The notes beneath the pieces are model-generated. The model searched no databases, was not told the DNA's origin, and worked only from the letters and a program-made list of their open reading frames with translations. From contig JAAOMT010000029.1 in assembly GCA_016748015.1 (NCBI GenBank), forward strand, positions 174,896 through 238,895: a stretch of DNA of 64,000 nucleotides. Reading direction: 5' to 3'. Shown here in pieces: positions 35,422 to 49,734 of this stretch. Source of the DNA: Geosiphon pyriformis uo1. Lineage: Eukaryota; Fungi; Glomeromycota. A program made the translations under genes and the position numbers. How positions within the stretch are numbered: position 1 is the stretch's first letter; every line of letters begins with the position of its first letter.

Positions 35422-37935
35422 CTGAGAATAAAATAAAAATAGTAAAATCATATGATCTTTTGACAATATTTGCCTACATTTGTAGAAGGTTAAATCAAAT
35501 TCCTGAAAAGGATGGTGCGGAATTAATAAATTTTGTTGCAACGCAATTGTTATTCTTAAATCGATCATCGGGAGCAACACATTAAAGTTGTCTTTTTTTT
35601 TTTAAAATTGGAAGGATGAGTCTGTTAATGGATTTAATTATGAGAATGATTGTTCTTAAATAATTTGAATATTATTACTAAAAAGGTACTGGGAGTCTTT
35701 TTTGCCCTGTTGCTTTCTAATTTAGGGTTAAAAATGAAAAAGACCTGGTGACTATTTACATGCATAGCCTGAAAAATCAATTTTATCCTCACCTAGAAAT
35801 AAACAACGTAACTAGTTATCTGCCGAACGATCTGATTGTTTTGAACATCATTATACATATGTGCACATGTTTCTCATAATTTTCAAATCTACGGAGTGGA
35901 ATATTTTACGGGGGAGGGTATAAAGTCCAACGAAATATTTATTTGTATATATACATCTAAGTTAATGATTTCCGTAAAATTAATTTGCCATTTCCAGATT
36001 GGATAAATAAAGATAAATTTGTAAGTTTTGCTCAATTGATAGTAAAAAAAATCAATACAAAAGTTCAAAAAACTTGCAAATTGAAAACAGCAATTAGATT
36101 TGAATTTCAAAACTCTATTTTAAAAAAAATCCCTCAGTAGCTTTACTTCTGAATCATGGATTAAAAATATTTTTAGAGCAAAAAAAAAATATTGATGTCT
36201 GGAAAAAATTTTTATTTATTACTATGTGAATTACGTTTCATTTAAAATTTTGTTTATTTGCGAATATCAAAGAAGCCATTATATTTTGCAAATCAACAAA
36301 CAGCAATTACCAAAGAATAAATTGATTACAAACGGAAAAACAAAAATCAGAAACAAAGATAACTATCAAAGCAAATATTAATTGTCAAGTGATGATTTTC
36401 ATTTCGTATTAACTTTAATACTTTCTTAAAAACAGTTAACAATCATTCCTTTCATATTAGAATTAAAATATTCAATTTTAACTAGAACACTAAATCTAAT
36501 CTTTTGAGTTTCAAAGTAAGGAAGAAACACAAACGCATGTTGCATTGAAACAATTGAGTTGCCTATGTCAATTATGGGCTTTGTTGAATATTAGTAGATC
36601 TTTTCCGACTGATTAAAACAATACCCAATTCTTTTATGTTTGTCTGTCTTAATTGTATAAGATAATATTTTCATGGAAAAATGAAGCAAAATTTCAGAAT
36701 CAAAATGCATAATTAACGATATAATTGTGTACTATTAATTAAAGAATTTAGACGACAATATTAATTGAGCAGTTGATATTAACTATAATCAGTTAAAATT
36801 TTAATTGTTGTTAATTCTTTTTTTTTGATTTTTTTAAAATATAATAATTGAAAATGAAACCGTTTATAAATGATTAGTAATAATTATTTCCAAATAATAA
36901 TAATAATAATAATGGATTAAATTAATCAATGAACATTGAAATTCCAAAAGTCATAATAATTTTTTACTCAAATTTAATAATAAACAATAATATTTATATT
37001 TTTCTTGAATATTTAATGCCTTAATAGATTTTAACACTTTGTTATTATTAGATTATATATTATCATTAATTTGACAAAAATTTAAGATTAATAATATTTT
37101 GTTATCAATATCTAAAAGCTTCCAAAATTTATTCTTGCTAAAAAAAATATTATCACACTCTTAAAATAATAAAACAGCTAAAGTTTTATTTTAAACATAA
37201 AGAACAATTTTTTTTTTAGCAAAAAATGGGCATTTTTTAATAAACAGTAATATCCAAAACAACTTTATCAAAAGTGCTTCTAATGAAAATAATCGGTAAA
37301 ATTATTCAAGAGATTTACATGCAAAAATTGTATTGAACTTGGCGTTTAGAAAATCTATTATCTTTTATTTTGTGAAGATTATTGTTTAAAAAACATTACT
37401 AAAAATTTCTTGGCTTTACTATTACCAGTTTTGAAAAATTATCTGGAAATTATTCAAGTATGTCCGTGATTAACTGTTCAAAACTTGACATTTTGAGCTT
37501 TACCTAAAATAAGGCTTCAACAATTTTTTCAAAACTTCTATTTGAACTTAATTCAAACAAGACAAAAACCCACTGGTAGAAAACTCAACTAAAGTAGGGA
37601 AATTTTATATTGTACATTTAATTTTTTTAAAATCTAAAAATACGAAAATATTTGTAATCAATTTAGTTTAGTATTTGTAAACAAATCGAATTATTACCAT
37701 ACAATACAAAAAGCTAGTCCCCGTTTTTTAAATTAAACAAATATACTTTTTTGTAAAGTAATATTTGATTTTTTTGAAACAAAAAAACATTTTTGTAGAC
37801 CTCAAAATTTAATCCTCTAATGTAAATTATATCATTCTAAATATTTAAATTATTCGATACTCTTAAAAATTTAAAGTTATTACCCAAACTTGTTATTCTT
37901 GTAATATTTTTATTTAGATAAAACTGTAAAGACAA

Positions 37936-37936
<1 letters not shown>

Positions 37937-37998
<62 letters not shown>
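37937..37998. repeat. compound (ATT)n(GTT)n microsatellite
   Basis: Direct reading. Confidence 0.95.
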
Positions 37999-38017
<19 letters not shown>

Positions 38018-41000
38018 ATCAAGTTTACAATCTTAATATCAAAATTTTTAATATTTAATCAAAAAAATTTATACACCAATATCAGATGTATTAAAAGTTA
38101 ATAATAAATTACATATAAAAAATATATAATACTAAATGAATATTAAAAATATTGTTTTCTTGTATAAAAAATTAATTGTTTAAACTAAAATTTTTGATAT
38201 TTAGCTAATTTAGATTTAACTTGAAACAAAAATTAAAAAAAAATTTATTTAAATTAATTTTTTAATTATGCTTAACTTAAATATCAATATTAATTTTTAA
38301 AAATTGTCATTAATTCTTTACTTATTTTTATTTAATTTTAATATGATCATTTTTTAAAATTAATCATTTTGACAAACAGTTTTAAAGAGAAAGATATAAA
38401 CAATCTTCCTTGATTTGAATTTTATTTTTTGTTTAATTTCAAACCCACTTTTTTCATTTTCAAAATGTGTAATATTGGCTGTTTAAGATTTTTTTTAATT
38501 GTAAAAATCTTTTTCTAACCAATTTTCTCATCTTGACAAAAGAAAATACGTTTATCTTTCTAGGCGATATGCAAAATTAATATAATTTTACTAATCAAAA
38601 ATTTTATAAACCAATTTTTAGTTTGGATATATTTAAAAATATTATAAATTCTTGAATCCTAGTAAGCATTAGATTATAATAGTATGCTAAAAACTTGTAA
38701 AATCTACAATCAAAAAATAGTTTGTCTAAATAATTAAATAGAAATATTCTTATTTTAATATATATATATATATATAATTCCTATATTTTGAGTTGCGATT
38801 GATCAGTTTAATACTAATCTAAAAGTTTTCAATGGTTTATTTTAAATGTCTTTTGACATAAATATTTATTCTCGTAAGATGGGTAATTTGTCACTTTATT
38901 ACTGTTTCTGGAATACTTGAAAAAGGTTACAAGAAAATAAATAAATTATAATCTGATATTTTTTCTATTCTTTTATAGATGGATTTGTCAATCAGTTTTA
39001 TCTTTCAAAAAAAGAGATAAATAAAATTAGCTTTACATATAATGTAGTTAAATATTAAAAAATTTTCATGATATTTTGTAAATTCACAATTTTCACAGAA
39101 AGATGATTAAGCAAATAAAAGATGTTTATTCTTGTCAAATCTGGCTTTTAACCTATAAATTCAATGAATAATTAAAGTTTATGATTAAGATTACAAATAA
39201 ATAAAAGTTTTTCAACAAATTTCGAGTAATTAATTGACTTTGAAATCAAAGTTCAATAATATGAAAAACATAGTTCAACTCGTTTTTTTTTTAAAAGTGA
39301 GAGTCATTTTTAAATTACATAATAAAATTTCTATTTTGAAGTAAAATCATTGTGAAAAAAATTTTCAGGAAGTAGTCTGCTATTTGTGATTTTAGGCTAA
39401 TCGTGAAATCTAAAAGTCTTTATCATATGACAAACACTTTTTTTAAAAAAAAAAAAAATTTGTTACGAAATCAAAACTTGATTTGCCTAAAAAAATAATG
39501 TTTCAATTTTTTTTGGACAGTGGAAAACGAGTTTTTTTTTGGATTTTAGTATCACTTTTACAAATTCTGATTATTATTTTTTGTAACCTGCCCTGCTTTT
39601 TTGTTCGTTTCTATGGAGCCTTTTTAATTCTAAAAGTCATACAAACAGGAATAAATACATGTGTAGTGGTATGTAACAGTAAAAAAAACTTTTTCTAATC
39701 AATCGAATCAGTAAATTTTATTTTACACTCACTCAGTTTTTAAATTATTTTTTATTTTTATTCTTTCACTCTTTGCAGCAACATCAAAAAGAATTCTCGG
39801 AGCTTTATTATGCAAGAGAAGGCACGAGATCTTTGCACATATTTTTAGAAATTCTCAGGAAATAAAAAAAAAAATAGAAAAAGGTGTGATTACACCTTGA
39901 AATAGCAAACCGATGCGCGACAATTAGCTATTACGACATTTTTTTGCTTTGAACCACCGCATAAAATAAAAAATGAGTGAAACGTGTAAATATTTAAGAT
40001 ATCAGGGGGCTTTGAGGGGTCATATTTAGTTTTGGCGGTTAATAAATCCATGAATTAAATAGGCAGAAAAAGAACTTTATAAATCTTCGGGCTAGCTAAC
40101 CCTTTAAATTGCCTTGAATAACTAGACCGAATAAATATAATAGAGGATTCCAGACTATTGATGTTTGATATAACCTGTCCAAGATCAGCAAAATGCTTCG
40201 ATTTTGTCAACAAAGAAGCAAAAATTCACATCAACAAGGACACAAAGATTTAGTAAAACATGATACAAAGTCAAAGGTCATTGTGAGATCGATCATTTTT
40301 GGTTTTAATTCAAAAAAAAAAATTCTTTTCCATGTTTAAAGTGAACTATTTGTCTGTATATCTTTTATTTTTTAAATCATGAAGGATAAAATATTATTTA
40401 TGTTCCCTCACAATTTTACTAGTTAGCTTGCAAACTTTTCAACTTCAATTTAATTTTAAATCGAAAGCATAAGATATTTTGCCCAAAAATATTATGAATG
40501 CTTTAAAAATTTCGTTTGAAGGAGACTTGAAAAAGACAACTTGAATTTGAAGGTGTAAAAAAGCTCAAAATCAAAAATACTATTAGATTTTAAAGCATAC
40601 AGTTCATTTCTTCCAATTTCTTTACCTCAATAAACCATTTTAATAGTTTAAAAAATAGTTAAACCAAATATAAAATTGAAAAGGAGTCTTACTGATAAGG
40701 AGTCACAAAATTATTGGTTACCTTTTCTCTCTCTCTCTGAAGAGCTAACTATTTTTAATCTTTTTTTGAATCCTTTTAAAAATTTTTTAAGGCTTAGCCT
40801 AGAATGAACAGTGACCTCTACATTTATATATATATATATATTTGTCGATGAATATCAAGTTGACAATGAAATTCGAAATCTTTTCCAAAATTAAACTTTC
40901 ACTGCTTAAACATTTTCGATTATTTTCGGCCTCGATGCTGAATGCTTTTGCTTTTGGAAAGCTTAAAAAGAAGAAGATGCATGATTCAAATAGATAAAAA

Positions 41001-41951
41001 TATCGTTCGAATAATAATAAACAAAGACCCTGCATTATTTGAAAAATCTAAGTTAACTTTTGCAGCTCAAACAAAAATCATTGTGTTCTGCACTCCGTTT
41101 TTGTACTGTAAATAGAAATATTGTCCTCAGACCAAATTTTTTTGTCTTAACTAAAAAAATCAATTCGTTTAATTTATTTTTTGTCATGAGAACGTACTTA
41201 CCTTTCCGCGATAAATTTCTATCTAGGTTTTCAAAGATATTTATCAATTGATACGTCTGACTATCTTAATATACCCAAAACTTTCAGAGTGAACTGATGA
41301 TAATGGTCGTACAACCGCAGCTGTGTGAGTTTGAAAAATTTAAACAAGACACTCTATTTGATAATTAAAGCTTTGATTACTCAAAAATAGTCGTTAAATT
41401 AATTTGTCGGAAATATAGTTTATTAAAATTCGCGAAGGACATTCTTTAGATAAAGCGAGAAAAATAAATGGCCATTGTTTATATTTATTATCACACTCTT
41501 CATCTAGTCAATTATTTTATCAATTGGGAAACTTTTGACGCGTAAATTTCGAGCGTAAGAGTAATTTTTTCCTATTGAAAACTTTGCAGAGTTTTCAATG
41601 TACTAATAAATTTTAGATTATGCATGTATGAAGGTATATGATTCAAAGGAAAATAAACTTTGCGTTTTCCTTAAAACTCTCAATGTGTTCAAGCTAAAAT
41701 TACAAATTGGTAAAATAAAAAAAATGGTTTCATTTAAAATTTAAACCTTATTTTTGGTAGGAAAGTTAACTGCTTATACCGGCTAATTTATTCAAGTCTG
41801 AATTTTTCTAATATATCTGAATTTATATGTACAAAAATTTAAATTATCTGGGAAAAACTATACAAATCCCAATTTTTCGTCTTTTATGAAAGAGAGAATT
41901 AAAGCATCAATATTAGCACAATCATTTAAATGTATGAAAGCATTAAACTTT

Positions 41952-43851
41952 TTAGTTGTGGTAATATTCTAAATTGTAACCATTTTCATAATGTTTCACA
42001 ATCTCAAACAGATGAGTATTCTGCATTAATTCAGCAGCCTGCAATTGTTCCAATGTCATTCGTGTTTGAAAGATTCGCTGACCTGAAAATTCTAATGTAT
42101 GTTGTTCTGGATGAGGATTGAGAATAGGTTCCAATGACCCAGACCAGGAATAAATATCTGATGGAACAATCGGTGTTGAGAGCTGTCCATTATTTTCCAT
42201 TTTATTAAAAAATGTCCATGAAGGATCAATCGGATCGTTAATCAAAGCTGTTTGATAATTTCGCGTATCTGCCGAAAATGCTTCGCACATTAGTGTTTCA
42301 AAATCAAATGATTCAACGATAGTGATCAATGAAGTTTCAAGTGGCTGTGATGGTGGTTGATCTTCCTGTCTAAAATTAGAGAATTCATGAAAACCATTTG
42401 AAAGATTGAGATAACTGGCACTAGAACTTTGTTCTAAAATCTGATTCATGATAAAGTTTTGTAGCGGTGGATTTTGTGATTGTTGCATTGGAGATAAAAT
42501 AGAATTAGAGGCAATTGGAAGTGAGGGAAAATTGTTTAGCTCAATAGGGGATTGTGAAAATGAGTTGCTATCAGATAGTTTTTCTATTGGAACAGAAGAA
42601 TTCAAAAGTTGTTGATTAGGGGTTGAAGACATAGAGTTGTGAGAAAATTGAGGGAATTTCTGAAGAGAGCTAGTGGAAAATTGATTATTTGTATGCACAC
42701 TTTTCGAGAGAAAGGAAGGAGTCGAATTGGAATCTGAATTGACGATATTATTTGCCGTGATTGCGCCCGTCGTTGATAAAGCATCCTTAGAAACATTAGG
42801 AAAATCGGAAAAGGGTTCTTGTTTTGAAGACTGCCCATTACTTTCCAAAGGCTCTAAATCAAAAACGGTAAAAGCGGATTCCATTGAAGCTTGCTTACGA
42901 TGTTCGTCCAACACTTGGGATTTGCAATATTTTGGTTTCGACTTTGAATTAAGTTTGGATGGTTGAGATAAATCATTGATTTTATCATGATTGTTAGCCT
43001 TGCTTTTATTATCCTTCTTTTGTGGTTTATACTTATAAAATGGATGGGCTTTTTTGTGTTTAACAGAAGCAACATCAGCTTCTCGTTGATAATATAGTTT
43101 AACGTTTTCTGGTTCTTCTCGCCACATCTCTGCTACAGTTTTTGATGGATGACGAACGCTTTCAGTCGCTGCATTCATATTATTTGACTTGATCTGGGCT
43201 AATTCCTTCGATTTTGTTTGATGATATAGAATAAAAGCATTAGGTGGCCGTGGTACTTTGGATGCGTAAGGATGGGGCGTTGCTGTCTTGGTAACAGAAA
43301 GTTTTCTTCTTTTTGTTGTCTGCTTTTGAGTGAGAAACTGTATTATGGTGAAATCGAAAATATGGATTAATACGTTTCTGTCTCAAGTTGAAAAATTTAT
43401 CAGCAAATTTTTTGTTTAAATATACCTGATTATACGCATCTGAAGGCCAAGAAAATTGACCTTTTCCCAAATCAACCATTGACATTTTATCTTCGTGTCG
43501 AGATTTCTTTTGTTCTCTTGGCAAAGAATAAAAAGTTTGAGATTCTGGTTTAATTTTTCGAGGTAAAATTTGTGGAGATAAAACTATTGGCGTTGAGGAT
43601 TGTTTAGCTGGATATTTTAACGAAAAGGATTGATTTTGGTTATAAAATGTATTTTTATCAGAAGATGATTCTTGGATTGCAACAGAAGAAGGGTTGAAGG
43701 AAAAAGAAGAAGAATTTAGATTATCATTTGGAGTTAAAACTTCCGGTAGAATGGTATGAAATATTCCATCATTGGCGATAATGCGGCCAGATTCCCAAAG
43801 TGACGATGATGATGATGATAGATTTGTCAAGATATTTGATTGAGATTTCAT
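41952..43851 (-). CDS. MATA/SOX-type HMG-box transcription factor, ~603 aa, 2 exons (43851-43426, 43337-41952)
   Basis: A phase-0 intron CAG|GTATAT..AATACAG|TTT joins the two ORFs and restores KRRK..KVPRPPNAFILYHQ..PSKTVAEMWREEPENVKLYYQREAD..HKKAHPFYKYKPQKK, followed by an S/N/P/Q-rich region. Confidence 0.92.
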
Positions 43852-45527
43852 ACTTTTAAAAATAATTATTTTTATGTACCGAAAAACCGTTGGTCGATAA
43901 TGAAATAAAAAAGCAAAGATATATATATATATTAAAGATTATTATGTATCAAGTATTTTATTTCCATTTGCGGATTAAAGTCAGACTAAAAGAGGTTTTA
44001 TAAACCTGCGTTCGAATTGAAAGTATTTACAGTAAACTGCAATATCAGAAAAGAATAGTCAAAGAAATGTGGTTATCAAAGGAATTGAGTTTGAACAAAC
44101 ACACCGTAGCTCTATTTTGTAGAAAGAAAACCATATGAGAAAGGAAAAAACCGAAAAAATGAACCGTCGAACAATGTTTTTTTTGAGGGTCTATATATTA
44201 AATATAACAAGATCGTGACCAAATATAGCCAGAAATTAATTTATGCATCGATGTAGTTATTTAAATTGTGTAACAGAGAGGACTCGACCATCCATTGTTA
44301 TTGTGAAAAGGGATATTGAAGAAATATCGAGTATTCAATGATTCCCGAATATGTTTGATTATTAGAAATATGAAAATTTAACCGGCTAATTCGACAGTAG
44401 TTGACCACGTGTCATCCACAAAGGTTTGGTTGCAACAACAAAAATCTTTTTGATAAGATCAGTTTTTGTAAAAAGTGAGCGAGACAACAAAGGGTGTAGC
44501 GAACGATTCTGAAACCTGGGTTAGGTTACAAAAAATCGAAACTGTAAAAAAATTTTTGTTTCAATTTCCAAATATCGTTTTGAAATATTTACGTTTAAAA
44601 AACGTGTAAGAGATTAGCTTCATAAAGTAGAAGCAAAATAAAAATTTATCAAACCAACCTTTTCTTCCACTTACCCGTCAATTTTTGAAACACAAACTAT
44701 CCAAGTATAGATAAATTTTTCAGATCAACCAGCTTCCAGCGGCACTTTTAATTTATTAAACTAATTCTTTAATGATTTTCAAAAGACTTCTTGTTCATGA
44801 ATTATAATATAGCACGGCTGGAAGGGACACCAAAATGCTTTTTCGTAACGTGGCTTTTCCGGTGTAACGGTTCCGTAATCGTACCAACTAGCTAACCTTT
44901 AAAGCTTGCTTTTCACAGCACAACTTTGACACAATGAGAATGGAAAATATTAATATATATATATATATATATATATTAATATATTAATATTATACAATAA
45001 ATTAATTCATATTCATAGAAAGCAAGATTGATTAAAAATGAGTACCGACTATTCATATCAATTCGAGAAACAATCTAGCTGCTATAAATTTTGTATTACG
45101 TTAAAGATAAAAAGAGTTTTGATTCGTTCTTGTGAAAATTTTTGAAATATATCCATAAGAAAATTGTAGATTCCCTCCTTTTCAGAAACTTTTAGTAATT
45201 GTACAAGTTTGCTCATTATATAATAGGTTCCTTCAAATATAAGATTCTCTCACTGATTCAGAGGGTAGCATTTAATGGAAAAATTAAACCAAATACCAAT
45301 GATTTTACAGTAATAAATGAAAAAAAATGTCTTGACTTTAGAGAGATTGAGTAACTAGTTATATAAATCATTTCAAATATGAAATTCAGCTGGAAATGAC
45401 TTGAATAAAACTGGGAGTCAAAATATAAAACATAAATCCTGGCAACTTTTAGTGATTCCTGAAAAAGAGACTTGAATATAATTTAAAAATAGGTATGTAT
45501 GAATGAATTTAATCCCATCGTTTGCAA

Positions 45528-45616
<89 letters not shown>

Positions 45617-45617
45617 T
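45528..45617. repeat. (AAT)n microsatellite
   Basis: Direct reading. Confidence 0.95.
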
Positions 45618-46823
45618 TGTGATTGGTTTGTTAATAATAAAATTCACTTTCAAAGACTTTTTAATAATCTTTCTTCATTAATATACTCATAATAAACCTT
45701 ATCGATTAGAAGACCTAGTAATATAAAAAATATTTATAATGTTAGATTAAAATCAGGTTTATTAATAGTCTTTGTGAAACTGTTTTATTTATTTATATAA
45801 TTATTTATAGGTATATATTCAGGTCAGATTATGAAAATGATTTATAAAACTTGTATTTTTTGGGTTTTAATATTGCAATAAAAAAAAACCACTATTCTTT
45901 TTCTATATGCATCAAGGGTTGTAGCATAAAGAAAAGCCGTGGGATAAGAGTATGTCCGAGCTTAAAAATTTCAATAGGTAAAACTCCCAAGTGGTCAAAA
46001 CTTAATTAACATTAAGATATGGGAATAAAACACATTACAGCCTAATCGTAATTGAAAGATAGGCATTGGAATTAAAGTAAAAATCGAGATACAGTGTGTA
46101 ATACTAATTTTGAGGACCTTTTTAATTGTGAAATTCTTAGTGCAGTTAAATTAATTCATGCATTGGATGATTGCATTGCTTGGAAGGTCCGTACTATTAT
46201 GAGATTTGGGGAATGATTCGATCTATGCATCGGGCTAATTATCGTGAAAAAAGTAAAGGAAATCATTAATCATACCCAAAATAAAAGAAATATTTAGATC
46301 ATTTATCCCAAAAGAATTAACTGAGAAAAAATAAATCCAAGCCAGAATAATCTGAACTTTAGTTTCTTTGGAAGTCAAAATTAAAAATGAGAAAGTTTCA
46401 AGGGATTAACTTTTAATATTTGCTATAAAAAAAAAGGACAAGGTTTTTCTTTTAATCGAATTTTTAATGACCCTTTAGCATCAATCCGATTGAAGATTTA
46501 GAATCTTTAAAGTTTAGGTTAAATGTAACACAATTCATTCATTAGAAATCCGTTTTAATCACAAAATTTGATTGCATTAGCTTTTTTGAATTCAATCTTT
46601 TATGAAGATTCTTTGGTCGTTGACAACGAAGAAAATTTATACAAAAAAAAGTATATTTATCGCCATTAAAGTGACACATATTCTAGTATTGGATAATTTG
46701 TCAATTTAAGCAAGACAATTTTTGTGAAAAACAGATTGTCTTTTTTGAAATTTTTAGCAATTTAAAATTTGGATAATTAAATTGATATTTTTAAAAAATG
46801 GAACTGAATCATGTAAATATAAA

Positions 46824-46882
<59 letters not shown>

Positions 46883-46931
46883 TATAATAATAATAATAAT
46901 TATAATAATAATAATAATTATAATAATAATA
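46824..46931. repeat. (AAT)n microsatellite
   Basis: Direct reading; it produces the poly-Ile ORF 46782..46967. Confidence 0.95.
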
Positions 46932-48124
46932 AAGAATTTAAGTTTGTCGCCAAAAAAACCTTCATGAGATAAATTTTCTCTTTGTAATAAAATAAATTAT
47001 TTCAAATAAGACTAAATTCCAAAGTTTATATATAAATTACAAAATTCTGAGTTTCTTGTGAAGCTAAATATATATTGCATGCATTTAAATTTAAAATTAA
47101 CTAAAAACTCAAATTTGAAGACTTTTCTTAATAAATGATTAACTCGGCTTGTTAATAATTTATCCTGATCTGATACTATTTCTGCTCTAGAGTCTCTTAA
47201 AAAAATTTTCTTAAGTTTTCAGGTGATCTTTAGTTATTTTCATTTATTTTTATTGCAAGTAAATAATTCATTTCCTGATAGATATGTAATTTTCCAAGCT
47301 TTTTAATTATATTGCTTCTTTTTTTTTAATTTGCTAAAAAGCTTGTGTGACAACAAAAGAAATTTTTTGTCATCTTGTTAATCCTTATCTAATTTCACAA
47401 ATCAAAAGAAGAAAGAGTTTATGTTTAAAAATTTTCGATTTTTGATGCGATATGATGAAGGAATTTTTTTTGTATTCAAAAATTACTTTATTTGGAAACA
47501 ATACATCCATAGCTATGGATTAAAAATTCGATTAAAGTATCAAAGATATTTCTTCATGTAAATCTATTAACCACATAAAGCTTCCTAAGTGAAAAGAAAA
47601 AAAAAGAAGAAACTCATTTGTGTAGAAATTAAAACAAAGGAACTAGCTGAAAAGTTTGGTTAAAAATTATTGTTTATTTTAAAACTATCATAACTTGTTG
47701 TACTTGGATAATATGTTGTGCAAGTAGCAACCAAAAGCAATTTTGTAACATGGAATACAAAGAAAAAAAATTTCTTTTTTGAAGTATGTAATATTTGTCA
47801 AATTAATTAATATCATTATTAATATGTTGAAAATAAAGAATATCATCCAAATTTACTGCTGGGTTTAAAAAACCAATTTATTCTTTTTTTTTGCATTTTT
47901 TCATTTGATAGCAAATTAGTGATTATAAAATTTATCAATTTTACAAAGAAAAATCAATTATTACGTGAAAAAAGAATATGAACATAAAAATTTTGTATAA
48001 TCCTTCTATAACCAAAAGATTCTTTGTTCTAACCAATAAAATTTGTGTAACTCATTGCAAACTTGTGATCTCTATTGGTTTTTGATACCTATAAATATTT
48101 ATCAAGTGAGTAAAAAGAAAGTGA

Positions 48125-48187
48125 GTTTGATTTTTAATTTGTTTGATTTTTAATTTGTTTGATTTTTAATTTGTTTGATTTTTAATT
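48125..48187. repeat. 16-bp tandem repeat x4 (GTTTGATTTTTAATTT)
   Basis: Units start at 48125, 48141, 48157 and 48173. Confidence 0.9.
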
Positions 48188-49702
48188 AATGAAAAGACCT
48201 ATTATTAAAAATTAACTTGAAAAGAAAACAATAAAGTTTCTGTCTAAAATTAATTTTTAAATATTTTTCTAAAACATAAAGCAATGTTTTATCGATTAGT
48301 AGAAATTAAGAATCGCGTTATATGAGCTTTTACATTCTGTGATTTTTTTCTAGAAAAAAATAAAAAAAATAGTTAACAATTCTTTTCTCTCAGTTATTCT
48401 GTTTTCTGACGCTGAATTTCTTGTTTATTAATAACCCAGACTGGATTAGCACCAGGATCAAGAAAGGGAATGAAACAACCCGATTTTTTTATTAATCATT
48501 CATATTAATATTAGCTAGCATGAAACAGACAAAAAACAAAAAGTTTTTATTTTGATCTTTTTTATTTAAGAGTTAACTTTATCCAAAATAGTTTATTGAA
48601 ATTTTTCTAAAAAATGAATGATAAATATATATTTATCGTGTATAAAACTAGACTCACGATTATCCTTCTTTTTTTAAAAATTTTTAGTGAAAGTCAAGTA
48701 AAATTCCTTTTAAGGTCTTCTATGAAATCAACTAAACACTTTAACATGTTTGTTTTCACATTTTTTGACAGCCAAACAAAAAATAATTTCTTCAAAACCC
48801 TCGTTTTCTTTACCCAATGATTTTAATATTAACTTTTTCACTTTTTGTAATTCCAAAAAAATTATATTTTATATCAAGTACAAAACTAACAAGATAAATG
48901 AAATCTATTAAAGATAAAATTAGTGAGTAAACTAGATAATCTGTTCAAAGAATGTCGTCATTTTTGTTTTAAACTTCATAAAAAAATGGAAAATTCAAGT
49001 CTAGACAACCTACACGTCTTTGAGGAAAGAGTTAATTAATTGGATAACTAGATTAAAACAGAGTACAAAAAAGAAAATGATTAAAAGTCACATTCATTAA
49101 AATTTTTCATCTAAATTAAAATTAGATCTAGGCCATTCTGTGAAATAATTTTTCTTCACCAATTAGATCGTTTCGTGAGAATAAATGTTCCAGACCATGA
49201 CATCAAAAGAACCATAAGAGAGAGATCGGAAAATAAAAGTTAATTATAAAAAATGTTTTAAATCTCCATGATGAAATAGTTTATATTTTAAAATTATTTG
49301 GTATGGTAACTGTTAAAATAGATATTTTATCATAATTCTGTAAGTGAAGAGTTCAACTTTCTGTATTGTTTGATCATCATCATACCACTTTTATTAAGGA
49401 AAAAAAAAAGTGGATACAATTTGATATAATTTTTTAAACAGATCAACTCGCATCATGAATGAACAGCCAAAAATGAAAATTCGCATTGTTTGACAAACTA
49501 GTTTGAGAACAATAGTAAAAAAATTTTATATCTTTATAAAAAACATCATCTTTGCTAACTTTGGTATGGAAGAAAATTTTTGAAAAAGATCATCTTTGTG
49601 AAACAGGTTTAAAAATGGCACATAACTTTTTCGAAATGTTTCAATCACGAATTCAAAAATTTTAAGGGGGAGAACCTGAATACTGGCCTAGAATATCAAT
49701 CT

Positions 49703-49734
<32 letters not shown>

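Noticed and set aside
35290-35585. Poly-Tyr and poly-Asn ORFs (also poly-Ile/Thr ORFs at 37837 and 46782)
   Set aside because: Created by (AAT)n microsatellites; no other coding signal.
43178-43440. Programmed frameshift or pseudogene between the two HMG ORFs
   Set aside because: Fully explained by a canonical 88-nt GT-AG intron (43338-43425).
31572-43851. Mating-type (sexP/sexM) locus
   Set aside because: No flanking triose-phosphate transporter or RNA helicase, and no homeodomain pair, in the window. MATA-HMG genes are highly multicopy in Glomeromycotina.
45900-46260. GC-richer patch that looks like a coding relic
   Set aside because: No sustained reading frame or recognisable motif found.
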